Assembly (NCBI GenBank): GCA_020536535.1
Contig: JAHLWZ010000855.1
Location: forward strand, 1 to 64,000
Direction of reading: 5' to 3'
Length of the DNA: 64,000 nucleotides
From: Pelomyxa schiedti
Taxonomy: Eukaryota; Protista; Evosea
In this document: one piece after another, positions 11,619 through 22,965 of the stretch
Layout of the letters: every line of letters starts with the position of its first letter
How positions within the stretch are numbered: position 1 is the stretch's first letter
Position numbers and translations under genes: made by a program
Notes under the pieces: model-generated
The model's input: the letters and a program-made list of their open reading frames with translations, nothing else
Databases searched by the model: none
What the model was told of the DNA's origin: nothing

Positions 11619-11969
11619 AACCACGTCACACATCCAATATTGGACGCTTCAAAAAACGGCCTAATGAAGGAAAAATAAAAACAACCAACGTTTATCCACT
11701 GGGCATTTCGTTTGATTTTGATGATGGTTTTGGTTTTTTGTTTGTCTGGCTGGTTTTGAATGAGGAACAAACACTTGGAAATTCATTCAACCTCTCACCA
11801 AGCACTCAAAAAACAAAAATTTTTTGTTGTATGAAACTGCTGGTACTCAGGCCTTACATACATACTAGTTTGAAACAACAGAATTCGACAAGGAAAAAAA
11901 ACCACAAAATTTTTTCTTAAGGAACTATCAAAAACACAATACTGAAACACAGAAAATAATGTGACACGT

Positions 11970-14900
11970 TTATGGGAACACCTCAAGGTAGAGTTGATCT
12001 TGTGGAATTTTAGGAAGTTGTGACGGGAAAAGCCCAGACCTTCAATATAAACTGTAACACAGGTCACGGTGGTGTAGAAATAAAATGCCTCACTTGCCGA
12101 AGCTGAGTTCTCTAAGGGAGAGTTGGTCGTGGAGACAAAGAAACAACGCGAGACCAGATAGTCGCTCGATATAACCAAGATGACTATGCCAACTGGGAAC
12201 GTTTGCGTACAAAACTACATGGCTTTTGACACAAAGTAAGATTTGACAATAGAGTGTAAAAGAAGATTGCATACACAAAGAGTGGGAACAAGTCATCGGC
12301 TCCGGCGACTGCACCAACTTTCTGTAGCACAGTAACCAAAACCTACAAGAGTGAGAAGAGATTAAAAAAAAAAAAGCAGTTGTACCTTACTGCAATTCAA
12401 GATACAAAGTAGTTTTTCTTGTGGAGTTTTCGCATTTTCTATTTCTAGTAGCTCTTTAGTTGCACTCTGGTCGACATTAAAATTGAAGAAAAACAAAAAG
12501 GAAAAGACCTGTATAAGGTCAGTGTCTAGTCCATCTCGCATCTCAATGTGTTTGGAAGTTACAGCGGGTTGCAATTTTGATATTTTAGCTGCAAAAGCGG
12601 CATCTTTCTCTTTTAGCTCTTTTTTATTAAAGAGATGTGTATATAGCTGTTCCATGACATAGCGTTTCACCTGTTTTTGTTACCCTTTTTTTTTAAAAAA
12701 AAGGACAATAACCTGTTCTGTTAAAGGTTTTCGTTCCTAAAGGAGAATGAAAGAAAAAGGAAGTCAAGATAAAACTCAGGAACAAGTCAGGAGGTTACCG
12801 CCAGAGTCTTTCGTTTGGGATGAGAATCCACCTGATTCATAATATCGTTTACAAGTTGATAGACAGCATCCCCTTCTTCTTTAACGGGATATTTTGCCTT
12901 TATAAATCCCTGGAGCATTTTTCCTATTGTATCCCTGTTTGAGGCTTAAGATAAGGAAGAAAAGTTGGAGAATTACTGCAGTTTATGAAAATCAGGTAGG
13001 GACAGTGTTTCTTCGAATCGCTCTATAACTGGCGGGCAAAATGTGACGTCTTCAGTTGAGGATGAAGTAGCAGCACTCAGTGCTTTGATAATTTCGAGAG
13101 TTGGCTTTGACTTGCCATAACCACCAGAAGTCATATTTTTCAGGGTCTGGGCTACAGTGGAGGAGGAAGCAAAAAGTTTCTGGAAGCAATAAGTAGAGTT
13201 GCACAATTTTTTTTTAAATGAACAAACTCACTGGGTGAGCATATCTTCTTGGAAGGAGCCCTTTTTCCCATTTATCCAACAGTTGGGCGAATTCTACAGA
13301 TGTTGATGCCACGTCATAGAACGTACTGTTTGCGGGCCCCAACTTTGGATCTGCACCGTAACTGAGGAATAGTTATCACAGTCAAGCCGGGAATAAGAAG
13401 TAGACCTGAGAAGAAGTTCCAAAATTGGCAGGCAACCAGGAAATGATACAGCAAGGAAAAGTGGAGATAATTGAGATGCATTATTATCTAGTATTGGAGC
13501 TGTAAATTTAAAGAGCAAATAAAAATACACACTAGGATCTGCCCCAGCTTCCAGTAAAAGTTTCACTGCTTCTGTGTTGGCTTGTTCTGTTACTGCCAGA
13601 AGAAGAGGGGTCTGGCCTGATCCTGACTATCAACATGGGACAAGGTGAGTTGCAGATTTCATGAAGAGTTACACACATGGAGGTTTGGATCACATGAAGC
13701 AAGTAAAGCCGCTAAAACCTGATAAACCACAAATAAATATATTTCTTCTGTACTCTTCCTCCCTTTCATTACCCACAGTCCCGTACCGAAAGTTTTTCAG
13801 GCGTGTTGCAAGATTTTCGGAGTAATAGGTGAATTGCAGCATTCTTTCGACTATTGAAGAGATTTGTTTTGCACCCCTTAGCAAGAAGTGTATTAGCAAT
13901 TCGGTAATTTTGAGCGTCCAAGCTAGAAGATGTTAACACGGGATAGAGGAACATTTCTACAACCAGGACATGAGAGGGGTCCACCCGCGATCATCCTGGA
14001 TTTGGGATCGTCAGGAAAGACTGAAAATGGTGTTTCCATGCCTGTGCATCAAGATTTGGGTTCTTTTCCAATATCATGTTCACTAGCTCCATGTGGCCAG
14101 AATAGCAGGCCGCATGGAGAATTGTCTGCCCTCTGATGGTTGCGGCATTTACAGACAGTGACTGCAGTATTTAGACCAAAGTACTAAAGTGGAGGTAACC
14201 AACCGCTATGCAGTCCTCTATTTTTTTAACAAGACCAGGGGTGACTCTCCCTGCAGTGAGAATGTGGTTTATGCAATCTACTAAGACCGGATTGTCAGTT
14301 GGTAGAGTATAGGCAATCCAATTGATGGCCATTCCTTGGTACTCCTCGAATTTATCTGGCGGAAGTGTAACAACAAACTCTACAGAGAGGAAGTCAGTAC
14401 TGATAACATCTAATAATACAAACCAGCATTGCTAGGAATTATCAGTGAGGCAGGTAGTCTCACAATGTTCAAGGACTGTTGTACTGTTATCCATGCACTC
14501 ACACGAGGGATGGTGCTGAAATGGTAACCAAATTCAACATGTATCTCTGGTGCATTAACTTTATTGCGTCCGCTTTTAAACATTGATGCAGTGACCGGAA
14601 GATGCTGAAAAATTGTATCCGTAAAAGTGAGGAAAGCCTCTCCTAGTGTATTTGCATTTTGTGGTGGTATGTTTTGAGACGGTGTACTTTGAGAGACAGG
14701 TGGTGTTGATGATAGTGTGGTTTGAGATGGTGTACTTTGAGTGTTTGCACTAAGTGGAGCTGAGGCAAGTGTGGTTTGAGATGATGTACTTGGAGAAACT
14801 GGAACGTTGGAACGTTGCCAGGATGAAGATGAAGAGTGTGTAAGGGGTGGAGTAATTGCACGAGTGGGATTCAGTTGGGGTAAAGGAGGAGCTTGTTGTG

Positions 14901-15786
14901 TTGGTGGATGCAAAGGAGAAGATACTGACCGTTGTAATATAGGTGTTGGAGCTGCTTGTGTAGGAGGGTGCAAGGAGAGGTCTGTTGACCCTCTTAGAGG
15001 CGGCGTCGGTGCAGGAGAGGGAGGGGTACCAGCAAGTGCAATAGCAAGGGACGAAGGTTCACTACTGGGCGTTGGTGATGTCGGTTGTGTTGGAACTGGT
15101 TCCTTCAAACAAAGTGGAATAGGTGCCGGAGATGACGGCGGCAGAGGTTTAGAAGGCGAGGACTCTACACCACTGGGTGTTGACGCCACGTTCTGTGAAT
15201 TTGGTTCCTGTGAGTGTGGACCCAGTGGTGGCAAATCAGCAACAGAGCATCCGCGCCACGAATGGTGCCTTGTCATTCCCCCTGTTGGAGTGCGAGGTTG
15301 AAAACCAGTGTCCTCCGCATATGGGTCGTCCTGCATGTCACTGTTATTGATGACACTCACGGTAGTCCCAGGACCATTGGTGATATCACTTGCAGTGGTA
15401 CCACCATAATTATTGGTGACTATATTGGTATTGGCACCATTGGCATTGGCACCATTGGAATTGACACCAATGGCATTAGTACCATTGGCATTTACATTGA
15501 CGTTGGCTCCATTGGCATTGACATTGGCAAAATTGGTATTGGTATTGGCATTTGTAGCTGAAGAAGGTTGGTGCTGCGTATTTATGCACGCACTGTTATG
15601 CAGAATTGTGGGAGTTGCGTGCACAAATGTAGGATTCGGCACAGACGACGAGATCGTAGCGGGCTTTGGGGCCGGGCCTCGAGGGGCACTGTGAATCGGA
15701 GGGGCCAGGAGCGGACGTGGGGGGGCTCCCATAAGTGTGTTGGCGCCCCCCGGAGACTGCAGTGACGAGGCGCTCGCACCCGACAT
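11970..15786 (-). CDS. VPS9-domain Rab5-family GEF with ankyrin repeats and N-terminal low-complexity region
   Basis: VPS9 motifs AKTPQEKLLCILNC, GADDLFPL and SEAFYFYTT. Ankyrin-like segments include AVKLLLEAGADP and SPLFLAVSFPGCLPILELLL. Multi-exon, stop at about 11970-11972. Confidence 0.85.
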
Positions 15787-16173
15787 GAACGAGACACTTT
15801 GTGACCGCTGAATTGGCAGGGGTCTGCCTTGGGCCTCCTGGTCGGCAATTAAGATGCGAACTAATCAGCGAAACGACCATGCAACCCAAACTACGTGCGG
15901 GGGGGAGGGGGAAGTGAAAACAAACCCAAGACGACGCTCCAATCGATGCGCGGTTGTTGCTCATCAGTGAGAGTATGATTTTCGTTACGCTCAAAAGGTG
16001 AAACGAATTGCCGGCAGCGTGATGACGGGAAAACCAGCGTATCTCTCTGAGTAGAGCGGGAGCTCAGCACCTGTTGATTCGTCTGCCCAAAAATTGAGGC
16101 AGAGTTGGGTGTCCATCCAAAGGACGATGAACAAATCAACTTAAAGGGCAAAAAAAAAAAGAGAGTTGGGTTG

Positions 16174-17425
16174 ATGATACACCACGGTGTGATGCCTGGG
16201 CCGCAGGGGGCGACACCCTCTACAGTGAGTAGCCCTGACGTTGCTGCGTTGGCGCAAGAATACGTCAGCGCGGTGTTTAAGGTGAGGGTGAGGGTCGATG
16301 CCACTCCAGGGCTTCTGAGGCACTACTCCTCCATGCTCATTGAGTACGTGGATCCTCGGTTTTTTTATCATTATGGGTGGGGAACCTTTGTTTTTTTTTT
16401 ACTTTTTGTCGTTGGAGCTCATGGTTGTTGAAAAATTTCACAGCGGGAGTTTGAGTCCTACACAACTGGAAGAAAAGATTTTGAGAGGTAATTCAGAATG
16501 TGTTGGTATTTTGTTTTAACATAGAGTACTTCTATTCCTCAGACTTGGGAATACCTTCGGTCCTTCCACCACTTCCTCTTTACATGCCAAACTTAGCTCC
16601 ACCACAAGACATGTTTGCACCAAGCGCACCACCGTTCTCTGTTATACAACCAAATCCGCAAGTACAACCTCCCAACTTACAGCAACAATTTATGCAACCA
16701 CCACAACCCGAACCTCAACTCAACCCACGCCCGTCAACGCCCCCCCAAGGGCGCTCTTCCTCACCTCCCGCACAACGTCCCTCTTCACCACCCTCCAAGT
16801 CACCAGTGAGGACAAGTTCAAGTGCGAGTCCATCTTCAGCGTCAACTACTCAGCCTGCTGAAAAAGGCGTGAGTTCCATACTTCAAAACAATAGTGAATG
16901 CTTTTTCTGTGCATTCTCAGTACTCATTAATGGCAGCCCTCAGCATATACCCCGGATATAGTCCAGAAATGGGTGACTGAACAAGAGCGATTGCTCATGG
17001 GAAATTCCCGCAAGGTTGATCCAGCCACACACGCTCATTGGGTAAGTACCAAACCTTTTTGTACATATCCTTTCCATTAATTGAATTATAGGTGAGGTCT
17101 CTTATTGATCGAGCCTATACTCCCACTCAAGTTAGAATGGCAATGCAAACAAGCAAGTGGGGTAAGGAATACGCTGCCCGTGTACGATTTCCCTTCTGTA
17201 ACGACCGACTCAACTGATGTTCAATGCCAGGTGAATGAATACATAAGCAAGTTGTTTGAAGTTCATGTGCACCGAGCACCTGAGCACAGTGAATCACGCA
17301 AGTTCGCCAGCGCTATCTTGACGGGGGCTATGACCCTGGACCAGGTATAATGGGGTGGGAAAATGTTACATGACTAAATGGGTGAATTCTAGATAGAAGA
17401 CGCAATCAAAAACCTCAGCAGCTAG
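16174..17425 (+). CDS. Hypothetical protein with two related helical modules flanking a Pro/Ser-rich linker
   Basis: The spliced frame gives N-terminal EYVSAVFKVRVRVDATPGLLRHYSSMLIDGSLSPTQLEEKIL and C-terminal EYISKLFEVHVHRAPEHSESRKFASAILTGAMTLDQIEDAIK. Stop TAG at 17423-17425. Confidence 0.65.
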
Positions 17426-17679
17426 TCAACACCCTTTTTTTTTGTATACATGTGAAAGACAAAAAGGACCTTGTACGAATTTAACCAAATACTTCGTCAA
17501 GTAACTCACTACACCTTCTAAGCATGAAACTTTCATGCCACCTAGAGTAAAAGAAAAAAATCGAGGGAAAAAAAAATTTGGTCAATTTGAAGTGCCACTT
17601 ACTTTTCACCTTGGCCTTTTTTCAAAAACCAAAGTTAAGCGGATAGGGGCACAACCAAAGTGGTGGCCCCCCGAGTGGC

Positions 17680-17697
17680 GTGTGTGTGTGTGTGTGT
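17680..17697 (+). repeat. (GT)n microsatellite
   Basis: A gtgtgtgtgtgtgtgt run in intergenic DNA. Confidence 0.6.
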
Positions 17698-17747
17698 TTT
17701 CTGGTCGTCATCGCAGGTCCCAGATAATAAACATAAACATCCACGGT

Positions 17748-17975
17748 CTAGGATGGAGTTCTAGTCTCTCCATCCTCCAGCCCCGTGTCACAGTCGTCAG
17801 GATCAGTTTCAGAGTCATCTGAATCTGAATCACTGTTGTCATTTTGTTCAGCCTCCAGTGTTGGAGGGACGGCCCAGATTAGGATCAATGGGCGGGGGCG
17901 ACGGTTGAAGACGGAGGGCCCTGTGTTGTCCTCACTCGGAAACAGCAAAATTGCGGGCCTGTCATTGCTCGACAT
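17748..17975 (-). CDS. Small acidic hypothetical protein
   Basis: 75-aa ATG-initiated ORF with a D/S/E-rich tail, filling an otherwise empty gap. No recognisable family. Confidence 0.35.
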   Translation of the reverse strand: MSSNDRPAILLFPSEDNTGPSVFNRRPRPLILIWAVPPTLEAEQNDNSDSDSDDSETDPDDCDTGLEDGETRTPS

Positions 17976-18109
17976 CAGCGAGTGTTTCGTATGTATGTTT
18001 GCTTCTGATATTTTTTATTTCGTCCTTTTTGGTCAAAACTTTCATTCACAGTGGTTGATGCACAAGTAGCTTGCTTGTACGCATGTTCTGGATCAATGAT
18101 ATATGTTTC

Positions 18110-18615
18110 TCATAAGATGAAGAGAGGAACTGCCACGGCAACGAGGATGCATGACACCACAACAAACACGAGCACAATGCAAATGATGCAAAGCAGCTCC
18201 CCGCGTCTTTTCTTGGAACATTCCAGACAGTAAGAGCTGCTCAAAACTCGCCTTGTACATTGGTCACAGAGTACTGCACCACAGTTACGGCACTGTGGAA
18301 TTGTTCATTTCGTTGTTCACAAAGCAAGTAAAAATAATAACAACAACAAAAAAAAGGCACATTGGGCAAATACCTTGTTGGTAGTGAGAGACGAGTCACA
18401 TTCCATACACTTTGGGTCATCCGTCACTCTACTCAAAAGAACCTACGTATGTACGAGGAAAACTTCTAAAAAAACGAAATCCAAACCACTTTCTCGTTGT
18501 CGTACGCTCCAGATCCAGCGGACAAGTCGAACCACGAGGACGTGAACTTGTCACTAATAAAAAAAAAGCGCCATGTCACAATAGCAACAAATCGACAGCG
18601 TCAATGCCTGGACAT
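18110..18615 (-). CDS. Small Cys-rich zinc-finger protein with C-terminal transmembrane helix
   Basis: Spliced sequence KCMECDSSLTTNK|CRNCGAVLCDQCTRRVLSSSYCLEC has 8 Cys in CxxC pairs, followed by LLCIICIVLVFVVVSCILVAVAVPLFIL*. The start is uncertain: ATG 18615 would need a GC-AG first intron. Confidence 0.6.
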
Positions 18616-18776
18616 GTCAAAAAAAATTGATGGCCCTGCCGCCAGACTCCTTAAATTTAAACCAAAAAAAAAAAAGAATTCGTAAAAATGTGCCGCAGGG
18701 ATGCTCCCAGACTGTTCTTATATGGATCTTGCTGCATTAATGATGGACAAACACAAAGTGACACACGACTGAAAGA

Positions 18777-19248
18777 ATGACGGGAACTGCTATGGTGCTG
18801 TTACTTGCGATTGTTTCACTCCAAGCCCTACGCGTTTACTGCGCTCCTTTGTTGAGAGATCACGGCGATGCGGATCATGCAATCACTGGCAATAACGACA
18901 AGAGCGGAGACGCAGGCTCGACGTTGGGAGTTGGTCTTGGCTTGGGAATTGGCAGCGACGACATTGGCGTGGGGCTTGGGCTTGGCTTGGGCATTGCAAC
19001 AGGCCAGGATGGCGACCCCTCTGTTGGAATTGGCCTTGGGCTAGGAATCAGCGCCGGCGGGCTTGGCACTGGGGCAGGAGTTGGCGTTGGCACAGGCACC
19101 AGCGGCTCGGGCACTGGCACTGGAATTGGTGTTGGTGCAGGGGCCTCTGGCACAGGAGTTGGTGTTGGAGTGGGAAGCGGTGATTCAGGCACTGGAGTTG
19201 GTGTTGGAGTGGGCTCTGGCAGCGGCTCATCCGGAACTGGCGTTGGCG

Positions 19249-19282
<34 letters not shown>

Positions 19283-20009
19283 GGCTTCTGGCACAGGAGT
19301 TGGTGTTGGAGTGGGAAGCGGTGACTCAGGCACCGGCATAGGAATTGGTGTGGGAGTGGGCTCTGGCAGCGGCTCATCCGGAACAGGAGTTGGCATTGGT
19401 GTTGGCTCTGGCTCTGGCACCGGCGTGGGCGTGGGTGTGGGAGTTGGCACTGGGGATTCTGGCACAGGCATAGGGGTTGGCGTAGGAACTGGCGAGTCTG
19501 GAACAGGAGTGGGTGTTGGTGTGGGATCTGGCAGCTCAGGAACCGGCGTTGGAATTGGGGTTGGAACCGGTGATTCAGGAACCGGAGTTGGCGTTGGGGT
19601 TGGTTCTGGCTCTGGTTCTAGCACAGGCGTAGGCGTGGGTGTTGGGAGTGGAGATTCCGGCACTGGAGTTGGAGTTGGAGTTGGCGTAGGCATAGGAGAA
19701 AAGAAGCAGGAGGCAACAAGCTTAAGCCTGTGTGCCGTTAATGGTGGAAGGAACTGCCTGAAGGTCGAAGCTCAAGTGTACTACCAGCTTCCAAGCGACA
19801 AGTCCAACACCCGGAAAAGAACTGCTTCGTTAGCGTGCGGTACTTGCAAAATATTTGATGAAATGCTCTCACCAAAAGGTAACTCCTATCTAACAACCCT
19901 CACTTTTAATTGACTATTTTTTCCAGGGGAAACCTATGTGATAAGCAAACTTTATGTAGAAAACGCCATGCACGAAACTGATTCCGTCACTGGACCATTT
20001 GAGGTATAG
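18777..20009 (+). CDS. Secreted Gly-rich (GVGVGVG-GSG-T) repeat protein with Cys-containing C-terminal domain
   Basis: Signal peptide [23 protein letters not shown], about 260 aa of G-V/I repeats and a 4-Cys tail. One intron after 19878. Stop TAG at 20007-20009. Confidence 0.8.
18920..19695 (+). repeat. Coding tandem repeat array (TGVGVGVG / SGSG units)
   Basis: About 20 imperfect units. Longer DNA blocks such as ctctggcacaggagttggtgttggagtgggaagcggtga recur near 19145 and, with one mismatch, near 19286. Confidence 0.85.
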
Positions 20010-20284
20010 CCGGTCTTCCGTAATTAAAAATCTCTGACATTGCAGCAGGGTTCCCGAGCCGGGTTTCAAGTGGAGCGCACAAGAGACGGTCTCAAAATTT
20101 CCCCACGATCCTTGTAGCTTATGGAAAAAAGAAAAACTTCCCGTCTTCAAGTTTTTTTTTTAGTGTCTGTTTGAAACAGGTGAAATTGCGTGTATGGTAG
20201 ATTTCATTTTGGCCAGTTTTTGAGGCTGTTGTTGGTTGTTTTGTTCATTTGCAGTCTCTGCCGTAATGCTAGGTTTTCCCATTA

Positions 20285-21705
20285 TCACATCGTGGGAGGC
20301 AGGAGCGGCACTATGATCGGGGGGCGGGTGCTGGTGGATGTCTTGCGGAGGGGGGCTCTGTCGGCTGCTGGTGCCTGTTTTTTGCGTTGATGTGGATGCG
20401 TTGTGTTGCTGCTGAATTGTGGGTGGTGATTTGGGGGACTTGCACTCTGGAGTTACCTGCGAAGGAAGGGTGGGTTAGATAGAGAAGTGAAAGAAATGCA
20501 TTTTATTTCCTGTATAAAAAACAAGAAGGAAGGAAGAAAACCATTGGCTTTGTAATCTCAGTACGCTTTGAAAGATCAACTTTTCGGGGTTTCCCAAGTT
20601 TGTACAGGCTAGTCATTATCTCCTTGAATTGCTGTATTTCTAAGTGTTTTGGTCATCCTTTTAGCTCAACAGGAAGTCGTATACCTTCCAAGCTTACATC
20701 AAAAAGTTCCCACCAAGAAAAATCGGGTGTAATTGGTAAAGTTACTCCAACGCGTTCTGCAGCCATGAAAATACAGGCAACAGCAATAACTTCAGCTTGG
20801 TATCGGATACAGAGGCTGGTTCTCAAACTACAAAAGCTTAGAAGGGAGGATAAAGAAATAAGAATTAAACCTATCATTGGCATAATTCCAGGCACTCTGG
20901 CCCAACTCCTTAGAACCCTCGAGAAGGTTTAGGTAATTCAAGATGAACTTGTGTGGCAACTCAACATACATCATGAACCCTAGTTCACGAAGGATATTGT
21001 GCTCGTTCTTGATGAGGTCTTCTCTCATCTCAGAGTACAACTACAAAGTGTTGGGTGAGTGATGCGAGCCGGGACTTGATATACCACTTACATTACTTCC
21101 AGGCATTAGTGTGTCAATCGTTTGTCCGTTTTTCTTCTGCAGCAAATGATGCCATACAGTAAGGACCGTTTGAGGATGTTTCGGGCACTCGACGATTTTG
21201 CATGCCAAAAATAGGGAGCTGCGGGCAATGTTCTGCACAAGGGTGTATATATATATAGAAATTTAGCACTGAGCAAATTCGCAAATTAGAATCGCTACGC
21301 ACAACAGGGTCGTAGTCTCTCATACTCTGTTGGGTAAAAAACCTGTGGAACAAAACTTGCCCTGTTCCCATTGTCACCTGAGGTCTGGAATTTCAAGGGA
21401 GGAAAAACAAGTAAGCAATACACCCACAAGCGCAATTTGCAGGGTGCGCGGGGGTGGGTGTACATTTTCAGCATGATGCCTGCCTCCTGTATCAACTCAC
21501 ACGAGTAGACTGCCATCTCGAACTCCTTGTCGTCGTAGGAACGAGAGGCCTTGGGCACGGGGGATAGGCCTGACGAGCCCATCCAAGCGAAGGGGCCCTC
21601 GAGCACGGTACCCACTGTCCCATAATTTACAGGCGTCGGTGGGGGAGAAACTGACGCGGACACGGAAACTGTTGGTCCAAGCACCACCCCGTGGTCTGAT
21701 TGCAT
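20285..21705 (-). CDS. CCNL1: Cyclin L-like transcriptional cyclin
   Basis: CELIQEAGIMLK, TGQVLFHRFF, LFLACKIVE, ILRELGFMMYVELPHKFILNYL and AWNYANDSLRTSLCIRY. The last exon boundary is uncertain. Confidence 0.9.
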
Positions 21706-21941
21706 GAAAAAAATTCTAATTCTTAAGCCTATTGCCCTGTTTGGAACTCTTGGGACTTCTAATTTTTTCCTCTCCATAAACAGAAGGAGCTGGTTTCCTG
21801 GTTGTTTAAATAAGATGAGTATGAGTATGAAAAGATGACTTTTTGGAGCCTGGTTCTACCAGGCATCCACTTCTTTGTTTGGTTGTGTTGTTTCTTTGGC
21901 AATTTACAGGTTATTCCCACACAGTACAGAGTATAGAGTGG

Positions 21942-22773
21942 CTAGGAACCACCGGTGCTGCTCTTTATGTCTAGTGCAGTCAACATGACGTAGTAGAACG
22001 CAATGAAGTCAGCTCGGGTTATTGCATCACTCGGTGTTATGTTGAATTCCTGAAGTTAAGTCAGCCAAGAGTTTAGAAGTAAAAAAAAGATACTTGTTGG
22101 AGGGTGGCGAGTATGTCGCTAGGTGAAAGACCGACAGCAAAGCCAAGTTCACAGAATTTTTGAAATGAAAGCACGGCACTTGGTGAGGCGGCACCCGGGG
22201 GGCCGCACAGTATGTCGAAGATGTCATTTCCATGTAAATACAAAAACAATGCCGTTTGGGAGCAGGCATATGAAGCATATAGTGCTACAATTACATATAA
22301 TTCATCCCCGGTGATATGTCCGCTGTCATTTCTATCGAACCTATCATGCCTAAGTTGGTACTCCCCACACTATAGCCACTATTTGATTAGTCTAACTGAC
22401 ACACTCCAACGCACGTATCAAACAGGTGCAGGATTTTGTAGTCAGGGAAGTCCGTCATCTTTCTCATAAAGTCGATGAACTGCACCTCGCTGAGAGCGAA
22501 ACCGCTCGCCCCTCCTATCAGAATGTTGCCTCCCCCGCCTCCGCCCGTAGCGCCAGTGTTGTGCGCAGCCGAGTACGTGTGCGTTATCCAGCGTTGCACG
22601 TTGGACGCGCCCTCGGGAGTGTACACGTGGGGGTACCACTTTGTTGTGGCCTGCTGCTGTTGACGTGCCTGTGGTTGACGAGAAGTCCCGGGGCCGGTGC
22701 GACCGCCATTGGTCTTCGTCGTAGCACGTGAACCCAGTATTATTGCTTCAAGCAGCGCCTCGTTCACTTTCAT
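21942..22773 (-). CDS. EF-hand protein, EFCAB9-like
   Basis: LSEVQFIDFMRKMTDFPDYKILHLFDT, DRNDSGHITGDELYVIVALY and FLYLHGNDIFDIL follow the EFCAB9 pattern as I recall it. The 3' end is approximate. Confidence 0.7.
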
Positions 22774-22965
22774 TGCTCCTGACTTACCGGAAGCAGTTTA
22801 TTTAACAGTGTAGGTTTTTTTTGGCTCCAGCCCTGGCAGGAGTCCTTTGGCATCCACGCAGGCAACTAATGCCAGGTGAATTGGGTAATTGGCGCCTCTG
22901 CTTGGCAGTACGGCAAATCTGATCATTCAGAAATCTTTCGATCGAAACGTAAAAAATAAACGACG

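Noticed and set aside
12683-12704. Palindromic CC-T9-A8-GG hairpin
   Set aside because: It is an intronic homopolymer juxtaposition, which is common in this genome, and not a terminator.
18875-19693. 272-aa Pro-Thr repeat ORF on the minus strand
   Set aside because: It is the antisense shadow of the Gly-Val gene, which has the signal peptide, intron and Cys domain.
22050-22093. Possible U12-type intron (GTATCTTT donor, CTTAAC near the acceptor)
   Set aside because: The donor is imperfect and the putative branch point is too close to the AG. No AT-AC introns were seen.
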